The notes under the pieces were generated by a model, which was not told the DNA's origin, ran no database searches, and saw only the letters and a list, made by a program, of their open reading frames with translations. DNA of 62,011 bases, counting the filler, from Kipferlia bialata (lineage: Eukaryota), in assembly GCA_003568945.1 (NCBI GenBank). It is 6 parts of 6 records of this genome, joined end to end, with 100 filler letters (N's around TTAATTAATTAA, not from the genome) between each part and the next. Parts side by side here need not be neighbours in the genome. Positions count along the whole stretch, not along the records: positions 1 to 11,088 come from BDIP01001296.1; positions 11,189 to 22,268 come from BDIP01001297.1; 4 more parts are not named here. One strand, 5' to 3'. Below are positions 1 to 13,492 of this stretch, piece after piece (position 1 is the stretch's first letter; each line of letters starts with the position of its first letter). The translations under genes were made by a program, and so were the position numbers.

Positions 1-60
1 TTCCATTCCAATTCCCCCCCCTCTCCCCCCCTACCCCCCCCCCCCCACCCCCTTCTCATT

Positions 61-3000
61 TTGAGGGTGCAGCCATCAGCACTGTTGTGGCGCAGACCAC
101 ACCAGCAGTCCTCATCATATTCTTCCTGCTGTCACCAGATAGGTGTGTGACTATACATTTTATGCGGCTCGTGACTATGCGCATATTATGAGATACAGAG
201 AGGATGATCGTAACCCGTGTATATATCTATGTCCCGTGTATCTATCTATGTCTTTCTCACCCCCAGACCCGTGAGACTAGTGTTCAGGAGTAAAGGAATG
301 TAATTATTCATGTGTATATGATATGTATGAGTATATCTATATTATTACATCTAACATCTAGGCCCGTCAGACTAGTCTTCAGGAGCAAGGTTGACTTTAG
401 GTGCATGGGACGGTTCCTGGCGCTAGGTACATTGTATTTGTGTACTATAATAGGTATTTATAGATATATGTCGAGTAGTATGTATATAGTATTATACTCT
501 AGCAGTCTATTTAGGTGCATGGGACGGTTCCTGGCCCTAGGTACGCTGGAGAGATATCTATCTTATGTATATTTCTAACAAAGTATATGTCCGCGAGAAA
601 CGTGTTTCAACCTACGCCGTTGGCAATTATACACCTGTTGCAAATGGTTTCTTGCATTTATGACTGTCCATACACGTCTCACCCCAGGCTTCCCCCAGAT
701 GGGTCAACAGTCCTCCCAGGCCATACCCATCGTGGTTGGTATGTATAGATAATTATATATAGATATATATCCATACATTCGCGCATGCCTTCACACACAT
801 ATCCCAGGCCATACCCATCGTGGTTGGTACGTATAGATGGTTATATATATATATATATATACATACATTCACGCCTGCCTTCACACACATATGTCCCAGG
901 CCATCCAGATTGTGGTTGGTATGTTGAGTGATATATATGGTTGTATATATATATTGATACATGTAGCTGGTATGTGACATGTATATGTTAGCAACTACAT
1001 ATGCTACTAGGCCTAGTATTTTTTCAGATATGCCATCTATTCAATCTCACCCAGGTAACACCCTGATCAAGTACTATGCCGATGAGGCAGATGTCTATAT
1101 GTGTGTATATAGTGTATATCGTATAGTATATACTAAATTCCCACCCCAGGTAACACCTTGATCAAGTACTATGCCGATGATGCTGATGTCTATATATGTG
1201 TATATAGTATATATCATATAGTATATACAACATACCCACCCCAGGCAACACCTTGATCAAGTACTATGCCGATGAGGCTGATGTCGACAGATACATTGTG
1301 GTCTTCAGCGGGGTGCTCCAGCGGTACGCAATTACTCAGTCTCTCTACCTCTCTTCTTCTATTCTTCTATATCTCTTCTATAAATCACCTCAACATGTCT
1401 CAGTGTCAATTTACCTCACCCTAGCTAACTAGCTCTCCTCATCGCATACTATTCGGTCTCAGTGTATATACATTTATTACTTTTGCACATATACACCACA
1501 ATAGTATTATCACTAACCCCCCAGCTACCTCGCCCTGCTCATCCTCCCTATTATTGGTCTTACATTATATATATAGTATATGTAGTATTGCTATATATAT
1601 ATAATACTATATACCTCACCCCCAGCCATCTTGCTCTCCTCATCCTGCCCATCATCAACATATATGTTGATTCATATATATATATATATTCTATTATTCA
1701 CATATATAAGTGCAACTAACTAACCCTAGCTACCTCGCCCTCCTCATCCTCCCTATTATTGGTCTCAGTGCCGGGTACCTACCCGTATCCTCATACAACC
1801 TGGGGGCTAAGAAGTACCACAGGTTCCTAGAGGTATGCTATATTGACTAACAGTACATGATCTAGTGTGTATATGTTGAGTATATACAATGGTCACTCTA
1901 TCTCGCTGTCAAGAAGTACCACATTCCTAGTGGTAGTAGGCTTTCCTTTTGATCAGTATGTCATTCTCTCCAGCTACTTCTCTTAATTTGTATTGCATTG
2001 ACATCTATCTCTACACATACAGTATTACTCTGATTCCCCTACCCCTCAGAGCATTCACTGGGGACTGGTATTCGCCCTCCTACAAGTACTTATCCCTATA
2101 TATATTGTCTTGGCTATCATCCAGCTCTGCACATGGCATTCTGATACATATTATTCTATTCTGATACACATCTCCATCTCTGCACATAGCATTCTGATAC
2201 CCAGAGCATTGGGTGGGGCCTCTTCTTCGCCTTACTTATGGCTGGTGTGGGGTGGCTGGGCACATACCTAGTGCCTGACATGATTGTGTCCATACTGGGT
2301 GGGAACGACGAGGAGCTGCAGGACTTAGGGGTCTATGTGCTCAGGTGGGTGGTGGATTGATATATGATGTGCTATCATATTTATAGGAAAAGGGTATTAC
2401 CCCATGATCTCTGTGTTTATGTTCTCAGGTTGGTTGTGTGTGTGTCATATGTATTTACTGGTGGAATAGAATACTCAAGGATACATTTATAACTCTGATG
2501 ACCCGTGATCTGTTACTGCAATACATACTCCATTTTGGTACCTGTTCCCACCCACATATGCTGACCCCCAGGCACTGGTGCTACATGTTCTTCTGCGTGT
2601 CCTTCCCATACATAGTGGCCACTACATTCCAGGTACCAGGGAAGAGGATTGCACTATAATCCTTTATATATATATATTGTGGCCACTGCATTCCAGGTAC
2701 CAGGGAGATTGTAAACACATATAGTATATATAGTAAAGTAGTCCATAGTAATTTGGGCTATATTCCTATTGAATACATATCATGGCAAAACGCATTCCAT
2801 ACTCACTCCCCCATCCGGTATACATACCCATTCATATATTCTTTGTCTCTCTGTGTATACTATCTCTCACCCAGGCCCAGCACTCCCCCATCCTACAAAT
2901 ATGTGTATTGATGCCTGTATTCATATAGCAGATATATATGTTTATGTATATATACTATATGTCCCCATGTATCTTCTCACCCAGGCCCAGCACTCTCCCA

Positions 3001-4233
3001 TCCTGGCAGCCGGGTGTTCCTTTGCCAGACAGGCTCTGTTCCTAGTCCCCCTGATGGTCATCATACCATTCTTCACAAGGTGGGTATATATGGATACACT
3101 TGTGTCTATATATATAGTATAATAACCAACTCCCAGGGATGTCAAGTCTCTCTTCATAGCGGGTGCCGTCTCAGACGCCTCCTCAGCCGTGGTATCATCC
3201 ATCCTCTTGTACCTGTTCATCATCATCCCATTGGTGCCAAAGCTCGAACAGGTATATTCGTGTATTACTACCTACCTTATGTTAGGATTACTATTCATCA
3301 TCATCTATTCCATTGGTGCCAAAGCTGGAGTAGGTACAGACTGGTATACTACTGCGTTTCACACACTACTTATGGTATGAGTATTAGTACTCCCTTACCC
3401 CTTAGGAGAGAGAGGCTGAGAGGCAGCGTTGCCTTGAGGAGGGCATTGAGGGCCAGAGCGTACTGTACAAGATGAACCCATGGGCTAGGTGTGTATAGAG
3501 TCAATACAGTGATACTACGAGTGAATGACATCTCTCCCTGTATCATTACCCCCCTCTCTCACCCCCTAGGGACAATGGCATGGGTGCCTCCAACCTGACC
3601 TTGGGCCTATCCACCTTCCTGTCCCTCTTCTACATCAGAAGGAAGACAAAGAAGAGGGGGGAGGGCGAGGGAGAGGAGGGGAGCGTGGGTAGCTCCAGTG
3701 AGGGTGACTCGGATATGGGGGCTGACGCATTCCAGGTGTATTGATGTATATATTATATACTATATACAGGGATGTAGATACCGGTACATAATATATGTAT
3801 ATGGGCAGACGCATTTAAGGTGTGTGTTGTGTGGACACCAATCATTGCCATATTCCTTGTCAGTGATGTCAGGTGAGTAACTGTTTGAATCGTATATATT
3901 GGGTGTCTTATGCCTCTTCTGACCCCTAGGTCCTGGCCTCCGCTGGAACTATATATGAATATATGTATATCTATATATATTAACATGTGTACTTGTCCCT
4001 AGTATGTGGACACCTATCCCATTTCATGCTGTAACTTATGTAATCTGAGTGACCATTCTAACCCCTAGGTCCTGGCCTCCCCTGGTGTTGCCATGGAGAC
4101 ACAGATAGACACAACAGACACGATGGATATCATTGACACGATGGATATCATTGAGACAGAGTGTGTGGCAGAGAGAGAGAGAGAGAGAGAGCCCTCTCTG
4201 AGTGAGAGTGCATCCCATAGGGCGGATGCCTAG
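61..4233 (+). CDS. MATE family multidrug/toxin extrusion transporter (MepA/NorM-like), 5' partial, about 12 exons
   Basis: Spliced in frame: (E)GAAISTVVAQ...|RPVRLVFRSKVDFRCMGRFLALG|FPQMGQQSSQAIPIVVG|NTLIKYYADEADVDRYIVVFSGVLQR|YLALLILPIIGLSAGYLPVSSYNLGAKKYHRFLE|SIGWGLFFALLM...|...RQALFLVPLMVIIP. The GAAxxT and YNLGAKKY motifs are typical of MATE. Stop TAG at 4231-4233. Confidence 0.9.
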
Positions 4234-5388
4234 TTAGTATAGAGTCTTAGATCTAATCAGATAGTAGAGCGTTGCTGAGCAACTGTCGCAGTGTATTGAT
4301 CCTATCCACTGCACTAGCCAAGTTGTAGCACCTCGAGTGTGTGTATTCTATTGTTAATAGACCAGTGTGTTACTTGAGTTGGTGGTATGCTTCAACATAC
4401 ATAGGGCTTCTCAGCACTCCTTTGCTACTGCAAAGCCCTCCCTATCTAATACATAGTAAATATACAGAGTATATATAATACATATTTTAATACATCTATG
4501 GTATACACAGTAGTACTCCTTCGCTGTGTCGGTAGTACCGCAGGGGGTGATGACACACTGCTCCTCTCGACATCTACTGTCTCCCACTCCCTATCCCACC
4601 TGGGGTTCTGGTCCAACGGTCGGACTCCGATCATTCCCTCTCCTCTACACTTTCCTTCACTGCCAGAGCTGGTGTACGCCTCTGTCTAATTCTATATCTT
4701 CTATGTCTTCTTAATCTTACTACATAAGACTCTGGCCTCTCTATCGAATCGATAGTATATAGTATCGATAGTCGGTACCACTAACTGATACTGATACTGA
4801 TACACTAGTTCCTAGACTAGGACCTATATACGACCCTGTCTAATTCGGATCGACTTGACCCACAAAGAATCATTATGACATAGAGTCTTCAATAATGACT
4901 ATTTTTAGTGATTCATAGTATACTTCCATGCAGCCACCGTCTCTGCACCCCATTGGAGAGAGACCTTCGGAAGAGGTCACCTCTTTGAGGTCTCTGGAGA
5001 CTGCGGGGTTGAGGGGTATATGTATGTGACACAAATTCTGTGCGAGGGGTACATGTGTTGTCTCGAAGGAGTCCTTTAAGGACACCACGCTGGGAACAGA
5101 GATCGAGAGCGAGACAGAGAGGCAACAGGACCCCGGGAGAGTCAGGCCCTGACTCAGAGGGCGATGGATGGAGACTCAGAGAGAGCTTGTGGCAGACACC
5201 TCTGGTGAGACGGAGTGGTAATGGGTGGGGCTTGGTTCAAGCCTAGGCAGTGTACTATTATAGTAACTATATTAGTATATAGTAACTATATTAGTATAGA
5301 GAGAGACCACATACATATACGTAGGTAGGGGGAACATATATATTACATTATCTATTTATCTCTTCTGGCGTTCAAGGGCAAGGTAGAT

Positions 5389-5836
5389 CTAGTATCCTGT
5401 TGGAGGCCTCCTGACCGTCTCTAGGCATGAGTCCAGTGTATCCTGGCAGACATCCAGACCCTCTACGGCGCTCTCTAGGCTAGACACAAGAGCGCACATG
5501 GTCTCATTGCACCCTTTTAAGTCGTCCACGGTCTCCTCCATCTCTGTGCACACAGCCTCCAACAGCCGGGTGTTCTCTTCTATCCCTACCTGGGATAAAG
5601 GTAATGGTAAAAGAGTGCTGGTAGCTTGGATATATGAGGTTGGAGATTAGGGTACTGAGAGAGAGGGGGGAGGGGGAAAGTCTGTCCTCAATGGTAGCGC
5701 TGGGAATTGTGGTGTAGAGGGGTTAAGAGAGACATATATGATACCTCATGGCTCGATATTCTGTCACACAAAAGAGAAAACAACACCATTACGCCCTGTC
5801 TCTGTTGCACAGAGTCTGTGCCCTGTCCATGCTGAG

Positions 5837-5878
<42 letters not shown>

Positions 5879-6128
5879 CTATATATCCATACCCTGTCTC
5901 ATCTGCTAGTCTCTTCTGGGCCCTGTCCATGCTGAGTCTCTCCCTCTCTCTCTCTCCATATATATATACATATCCACACAACCCCTACGTACATGGAGAC
6001 CGACACTCAGACACATATATACACATACAAAAATATATACATAGACCCACCCTCAGATCATCCCACATAGCCTCTGCCTCTGCCTCTGCCTCGTCGTATC
6101 GCTGTGTAGCGAGGTAGAACTCATCCAT
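5389..6128 (-). CDS. small acidic coiled-coil hypothetical protein (multi-exon)
   Basis: First exon MDEFYLATQRYDEAEAEAEAMWDDLR; last exon VGIEENTRLLEAVCTEMEETVDDLKGCNETMCALVSSLESAVEGLDVCQDTLDSCLETVRRPPTGY*. Middle exon(s) uncertain. Confidence 0.5.
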
Positions 6129-6889
6129 TTATCTATATCCTGAATCAGGCAGAGAGGTGGCATATATCACCCAACCCTATAAGTCACTCAGTCTGAGACT
6201 CAGACTCTGAGTGACTACTAAGATAGTGTATATATATATCTAGCTCTGCCACAAACTTCAGTCACTGTCAATGCTCCTAATATCATAGTACTATACTACA
6301 CCAACAGCTCCAATTGGTATATCCCGCTGTTCCGTACCTGGTTTTGCTTCTTGTGGTGTACCTTCGGTGAATGAGCATATCATGATGACCAAGCTTGTTC
6401 CCTATACCCTTTCTGGTACAAAAAGTAGTATCGGATATCCGATGTATCGGAATGATCCAGTCAGATGTTGACCAGCGTCGTCGTACTGGTCCAGGGAGTT
6501 GGTGGCCCTCCTTGCAGCAGAGAGGGTCCAGCGGCGGAACAGGCCGTGTCCTTGGCCACCTTCTGCGGCCAGGCAAGCCGTTTCTTTATATATTGATACA
6601 ATATATGATATATCCTGTCCCGGAGGAGGGAGGGAGAAAGAGGCACTTTGTCGACCGTGAAACGATATAGTGTCTATTGCAAGTACTCTGATGTTGCGAC
6701 TCCAATGGAATGTATCCAATGGAATCTGAGGACAAAACAAGTCCTCTCTACCTCTCTCTCTCTCTCCATACACTCTCTCCAAATACCCTTCACTCCTCTC
6801 ATAACAGCCATACTGACTCTCACTGTCTCACCACCAACCTCCATCCACACTCGTACACAGGTACATAGCGTGTATCCACTGTATACCCC

Positions 6890-9800
6890 CTACACCAGCA
6901 TCTTCATCTCGCTGATGACATCTGACACGAGGTCAGCTGTCTCACGGGAGAGAGAGGCAAGGCCGGACTGGGGGTGAGGACACAGAGAGAAATATAGCAT
7001 ACATGTATTTATATATATGTATTACACACTGCCTACCTCTGTGCCTAGTCTGTGTCCCTCTGAGGCATCAGCCTTGTACACAACGGCACACCTGGGGTGA
7101 ACGAGAGAGAGAGAGACAGAGAGGGGGGAAAGTACATACCAACTTCCATGTACATAAATGTGTATATACTAATGAACACTACCCACCTCGTCCTTGGCTG
7201 CAGGGGGTGTCCCACTGGGTCTGCTGAGTAGTCAACCCCAGATGCTGACACCACCCTGATGGGTCTGGCAGAGGTATGGGCACCCTTGGCGATGTATCGC
7301 TCCTGGGGGGTGAGGGGTGGGATATATATATATATTTGCATGTACATTCCATACTAATATGGGAGAAGATAGTAGATAAATGGTTGGACAATATGAATGT
7401 ATGCATATACTGAATACATACTTGTCTCCCTACCTGCATCAGCGTGGCCTGGTTTGTGTTGCCTGCGTCTGTCACCACTATGCCCTGTACAGTGGGTACA
7501 GGCCTGCCATTGACACGCACGCTGGTGCTGGGGGGTGAGACACATGTACAGGGGAGTATTATGGTATCAGTAAATGAATATATACCTGTCAGTCTCTGGC
7601 ACTGTGAGGGCAGGGCTAGAGTATAAATGTATATATACACATATGATATACACATACACATTTAAATGTATATACCCACCTGTCTGTCTCTGGCACTGTG
7701 AGAGCAGGGCTAGGGGGCAGGGGCAGTGCCACACGGTAGGAGGGACCCTGGGAGGGGTAGTCCTTGGGCCTGGGGTCAGAGAGGGCATATGTAGAATATA
7801 TGTATCTGTTATACAGTATAGTATACATATAAACCCTACCTGAGCACTGGGTATGCACAGCAAGGTGGCATCTCCCCCAGCCTAGCAGCATACTCATCCA
7901 TGGGGGACACACCCTCTCCCTCTCCCTCTGCATCTGGTGTGCATGGGGCAGTGCCATCGGGCTGGATGTGCAGAGAGACCTGGGGGTTAATATTAATTAT
8001 ATATATACACACATACATATACTTGATAGATAGATGCTATCATCTGGCTGGATGTGCAGAGAGACCTTGAGTAAAAAATATTATTCATATACATATATAC
8101 ATAATGTATATACATATACTTGAGGGTTATATGGATCATCGGGCTGGATGTGCAGAGAGACCTGGGGGTTACAATAATTATACATATACTATATAGTATA
8201 TATTCATATATAATGTACTTGAGAGTTATATGCATCATCTGGCTGGATGTGGAGAGAGACCTGGGGGTTAATTATATATGTATACTATATAGGTTAATTA
8301 TATATATATACTATATAGTATATATATATATATGCAGTATACATATACTTGATAGATAGAAGCATCATCGGGCTTGATGTGCAGGGAGACCTGGGGGTTA
8401 CTACTATTATACATATACCATATACCATATACTATATATATAGGTATCCATACATATACTTGATAGGTAGACATGCCATCTGGCTATATGTGCAGAGGGA
8501 CCTGGGAGGGGAGCATATACAAATATTGTAACATACGTACACTCACATATAGATACTAATAATAATACATATACACGTCATATGCACCCACCTTAGCATC
8601 GTAGAGCAGTCCACACATGTCTGCCAGGTGGAGTATGGTGACCACAGATACAGAGGATGCCTCGACCTCAGTGGCAGAGGGGTGGGGGGAGAGGGTCGGG
8701 ATGTCCTGGGGTGAGACTGCATAGCTAGAGCTAGAGTTGAAGGGGAGATATAGAGGGGATACAAAGTATATATATACTTATGTATATATACATACATATA
8801 TATATACAATATACTCATATAGAGAGGACGAAGGGGGGAGGGGGGGGGGGAGAAGGAGGAACTTATATGTATATACACAAATATCCCTATACCTTGTACC
8901 CCTGTATGTCCCTAGGGCATGTCACCTCCATACATATATATATCCATATATATATAAACACATATATATACTATACACATATAGACACACAGAACATACC
9001 TTGTATCCCTGTATGTCCCTAGGGCATGTCACCTCCATACATACATATATCCATATACATATATACTCATATATCTATACTATACATATATACCCACTAT
9101 CCCCCATACCTTGTACCCCTGTATGTCCCTGGGGCATGTCACCTCCTTCCTCAGAGTCACGGTCTGCACTAGGCCAACGGCATCAGAGGCTGCGGTGAGG
9201 GACTATAGAGAACTATACATATATAGTGTATATATATATATAGTGTACAATGTACCCAACAGGGCCAACGGCATCATAGCCTGGGGTGAGGGACTATGCA
9301 TAACCATACATAATGAAACACTGATTAACCAGAAGAATGAATGCATAACAATATAATCTTGGAAATCTATACATAGTGTATCCCACCTGTCTTCCCCCCC
9401 CTGAGTGCTGCCGTGTCACACTGTACCTGGGCCTGCCACACATGCCTGGAGGGTGATGGTACAGTGTATGGATATACGTATACACCATAGATATACACAT
9501 TCTAATAAGACTTGGTCTGGTGGTCTGAGTCAATATACATATCCATATATATATATACTACATATACACTCCATACCTAGTCTGTGTCTCCTGGTATCTG
9601 CCTGACAATATATAGATATCTATCTATCTATACATACACATACCTGGTCTGTGTCTCCTGGTATCTGTCTGACAGCAGAGTGTCACAGTGCTGGGGGGTC
9701 ACACCGGACATGAACCTGGGGGGTCAGTCATATATACCACTTGGTATACTATATATACTATACATACTATATACACTTTATATACACTGTATATATCAGT

Positions 9801-11032
9801 GCTGAGGGGNTACTATACATACTATATACACTTTATATACACTGTATATATCAGTGCTGAGGGGTGACACCGGACATGAACCTAAGATTAGTCATGTATA
9901 TACACCATTTAAGCACCATATATATATATATATTCATGGCCTATATATACAATATCTACATATACAATGGGGGTGACACCGGACATGAACCTGGGGGGTC
10001 AGGGATGTATACTGATATACATAATACTTACTATATTTACTATGAATACTGTATATATATTACTGATTTATTATACAGGTGAGGGTAGTCCTTATCTATA
10101 TCCATTTGCCCTCATATACAACTATATAATAATCCAATAACTATGTACTAATATGCTATACCTGTGAGATTAGGCCTTCTCTAGATCAGTGATGTATACC
10201 ACTTACTATATATACTATATACCCTACACACTATCTATACCTGTGTGAGTAGTCCTTCTTCTCCAGCCCTGATGCAAGGTCACCCAGGGACAGGGAGTCA
10301 ACCTCAAGGGCCTGGGGGGTGAGATATCATACATCACACACACACACACACACATATGTATTTGTATTAATAACATTATACATATATATATATGTATATA
10401 CACATATATATATGTATATATCAACCTCAAGGGCCTGGGGGGTGAGGGGTGAGGAGGGGACGATGTATATATATTATGTCATACTTCTACACATCTAGGG
10501 CCATACCTCTATGCCCTTCCTCCTCATGGGTGGGTACATGCACCTACAATATATATATTCATATATAGACATACATACCTCTATGCCCTTCCTCCTCATG
10601 GGTGGGTACATGCACCTACAATACATATATATATATTTATACACACACACCCATACCTCTATCCCCTTCCTCCTCATTGGCGGGTACAGGCTCCTGCCCA
10701 GCTCCACTGTCACTCTGACCCTGCCTAGGAGGGAGAGGTCGGACGAGGAGGCGTCGGAACACGAGATGAACCTAGAGTAAGAGGTAATAGAATTAGTAAG
10801 ACAACGTATATCAGAGGAGGAGATATCGGTTCAGGAAATACACCTAGAGTAAGAATGTGCATATCCAGAGAGACGGAGAGTGATATGTATCAATCCATAT
10901 ACATACAAATACACATATCCATGCATACCTCTGCACCACTGCTGTGAGGCTCTTGTGCAGCAGAGAGTGCCACAGCGAGTGGCTACCCACATGGCTAGAC
11001 ATGGACAGAACGGCAAAGCGACGGTCGATGTG
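6890..11032 (-). CDS. hypothetical protein, about 13 exons, 5' truncated by the scaffold end
   Basis: Phase-consistent GT-AG chain: HIDRRFAVLSMSSH...|FISCSDASSSDLSLLGRVRVTVELGRSLYPPMRRKGIE|ALEVDSLSLG...|...|SGLASLSRETADLVSDVISEMKMLV*. No family recognised. Confidence 0.75.
7955..8507 (-). repeat. six-unit acceptor-side echo array
   Basis: CATC(G/T)GGCTGGATGTGCAGAGAGACCTGGGGG-like units (plus strand) at ~7955 (real exon start), 8041, 8137, 8236, 8367 and 8477. Confidence 0.9.
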
Positions 11033-11088
11033 CTGAGGTTAGAAGGGGAGGGGGGGGGGGGGGGGGGAAAAAACACATGTAGTAAAAA

Positions 11089-11188
11089 NNNNNNNNNNNN
11101 NNNNNNNNNNNNNNNNNNNNNNNNNNNNNNNNTTAATTAATTAANNNNNNNNNNNNNNNNNNNNNNNNNNNNNNNNNNNNNNNNNNNN
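11089..11188. other. artificial scaffold linker N44-TTAATTAATTAA-N44
   Basis: Exactly 100 nt with a six-frame stop cassette; identical linkers recur every ~11.2 kb. Confidence 0.98.
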
Positions 11189-11300
11189 AAAAACAAAACC
11201 CCCCCCGGAAGGGGGGGGGGGGGGGGGGAGTGGAGAATATACACAGGGCAGTCCAGTACACCAATGCATAGAGAGAGAGAGAGAGCCAGGACACCCGTAC

Positions 11301-12291
11301 CTCTGATGTACTGGCTAGCAAATACAGCAAAGTCGGGTCGGGACTGCGTCTCCTGCTGCAGCAGCTTCAGCACGGGCTCCAGCTGCCGGGTCTTGCGGGG
11401 AAGAAGCCTGAGGGTAGCATACAAGGAGCAGAGACAGTATCCCTGGGCATATACGATTGATATCTGTGATATCTATGATATCTATGCACATATATATATA
11501 TAGACACATGGAAGGGACAGAAGTGAGGTGGCTCATACCTTCCGCCGATGGGTGCGTAGAGGGGGTTGCTGAGCAGGAACCCGTTGACGTAGGGGAGGCA
11601 GGGTCTGATGTGGTTGTAGTCACAGTGCTCCAGGATGGTGAGTCTGAGGTTGGCAAGGGGGGGAGGGGCACAGCAATGATATAGTCTCCTACACTCACCT
11701 CCCGAGGGATGCGATGTCAGCCAGGGTGTTCAGCAGGTCAGTGATGGGTCTATCGTAGTCGTACTTGGCCATGGACAGCAGGAACCCATCAAAGCCTAGC
11801 TGCAGAGCACCCTGAGGTCAGGGAAGACGGGGTACGAGAGAAGAAGAGAGCCAACGCCGAAACACAGCCTATATATACCAATGACCCTCTGCTGCGTCCG
11901 TAACGACACACAGGACTCACTATGCTCACTACGTATAATATACATGACCCCTGTATGTATGTGACACCGCACCACCACCCCTGCACATACATTGAGCTTG
12001 ACGACGACCCTCATACATACACACACAAGCAGAACGTATAACCCCAAGCACAGCCCATACCTCTAGGTCTGCCATGCTGCTGTTGACGGGGTATGCCGCA
12101 AACATGGCATAGCACCCGTGCTTCTTCTTGTAGGCCAGGGTCTCTGACCGCTGTGCAAACGACGTGTTGGGGATGAACACCACATGCGCACAGAAGTCTC
12201 CGTCATCCAGGTGCTGTGACTCAGTGAACGACTTGAAGCTCTTGGCAGCCGTCAGCGGCCACAGCTCCTCAGCATTGATTGTTGCTGACAT
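11301..12291 (-). CDS. protein with GH114/PelA(DUF297)-like TIM-barrel motifs, 3' truncated
   Basis: MSATINAEELWP...MADLE|GALQLGFDGFLLSMAKYDYDRPITDLLNTLADIASLGR|LTILEHCDYNHIRPCLPYVNGFLLSNPLYAPIGGR|LLPRKTRQLEPVLKLLQQETQSRPDFAVFASQYIR. Resembles the GFDGxFLD, PYVDGVLxES and VFVIDY segments of GH114/PelA. The gene is well supported; the family call is tentative. Confidence 0.5.
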
Positions 12292-13492
12292 CGTCTCTCA
12301 GTCACTAATGGCGACTCTCTGTCTTCACAGACACAGAGCCCCAAGTTGTGTCTCTCTCGGCCCCCCTGGACTCTAAGGGGGAAGACTGGTGCACTCTTCT
12401 AAAGCTAAGCACTATTCCAGTCCAACCGAATCGATGTCTATGAATAGCTCGTTGGCAGCATGTGCCAACAAAGCCAACAAAAACACCTGGACCCTTGTTT
12501 CATTTAGATCTATATACATTCTGCAGGTTCTACTTTAGGGCCGTCCTACAGAATGAAGAGCTTGGGGGATCGACTCTGGTAATATCTGGATTATTCTAGG
12601 TGTCAGTCGGGTGCCTTTCGTCAAGTCTGTATGGCAAGAGAATATTTCACCATGAATACACGGTACAATGTACATGGTGATCTATACTGACTGACGGTCT
12701 GTCACAGAAAGTGGGGTCTGAAAAGTTTTCAGTTAAAACACGACTCTATGGACAGGTGGAGCCAGGGAAGTAGGGTGTGTCTTTCACAAGTCTTGTAGGG
12801 CACCTTGTTTACAGGTACTATGTACAGTGCTCAGTAAATCTGACCCTGCCCCCTCGTAGTCTATCGCGGTCAATGTGCTTGTGGTTGACGCCGAGGACGA
12901 GGGTGTTGTCGAGTAGCCCCTCGTCTCCATGGACATTGATGAATGATGATTGTCATGGGGGGGGGGTGCCGGTGGTGGCCGTGTTCCTCGGTCCCTGGGT
13001 CACAAGTGTTGCTAGTGCTCCTGGAGGGTCCAGGGTTGGACGGGTGGACGCAGAAAGCGCAGGCTAGTGACTTGTACTCAGTGAGTGCCACTCACACTGG
13101 TACAAGGGTAGAATTGTTACACTTACCCTCCCTGTCTGATACCCTCTACCATCATAACCTGGGGAATTCCTCAGTTGATACCGATATGCACCCTCCGCAG
13201 GTTGTGGAGCGCCCAGGGCGTGTTATAGGGGATCTACACAAGTGATCATTGACGATGCAAGAAGACCTTCTGAGTAGTAATTGAAATGCTGTAAATAAGA
13301 TCATGATACCCTCAACACTGAAGGGTTTACATGGCAAAGAGATATCCTCATACTGCCAATGCCGCCGATGATATACACACAACTTCCATTTCCATTGAAC
13401 CTAGAGGAGTTGTCTGTTTCATCCTGTCAGACTATCTCCGTTAATCGGTAGACCCCTCAAATCTCTCCATCACTCCGGGGTGGACGGCCAAT

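Noticed and set aside
4440..5250. Possible small genes between the MATE and coiled-coil genes
   Set aside because: No unambiguous phase-consistent model could be built on either strand.
11133..11144. TTAATTAATTAA as a piggyBac target site or biological motif
   Set aside because: It is always centred in exactly 44+44 Ns, so it is a synthetic concatenation spacer.
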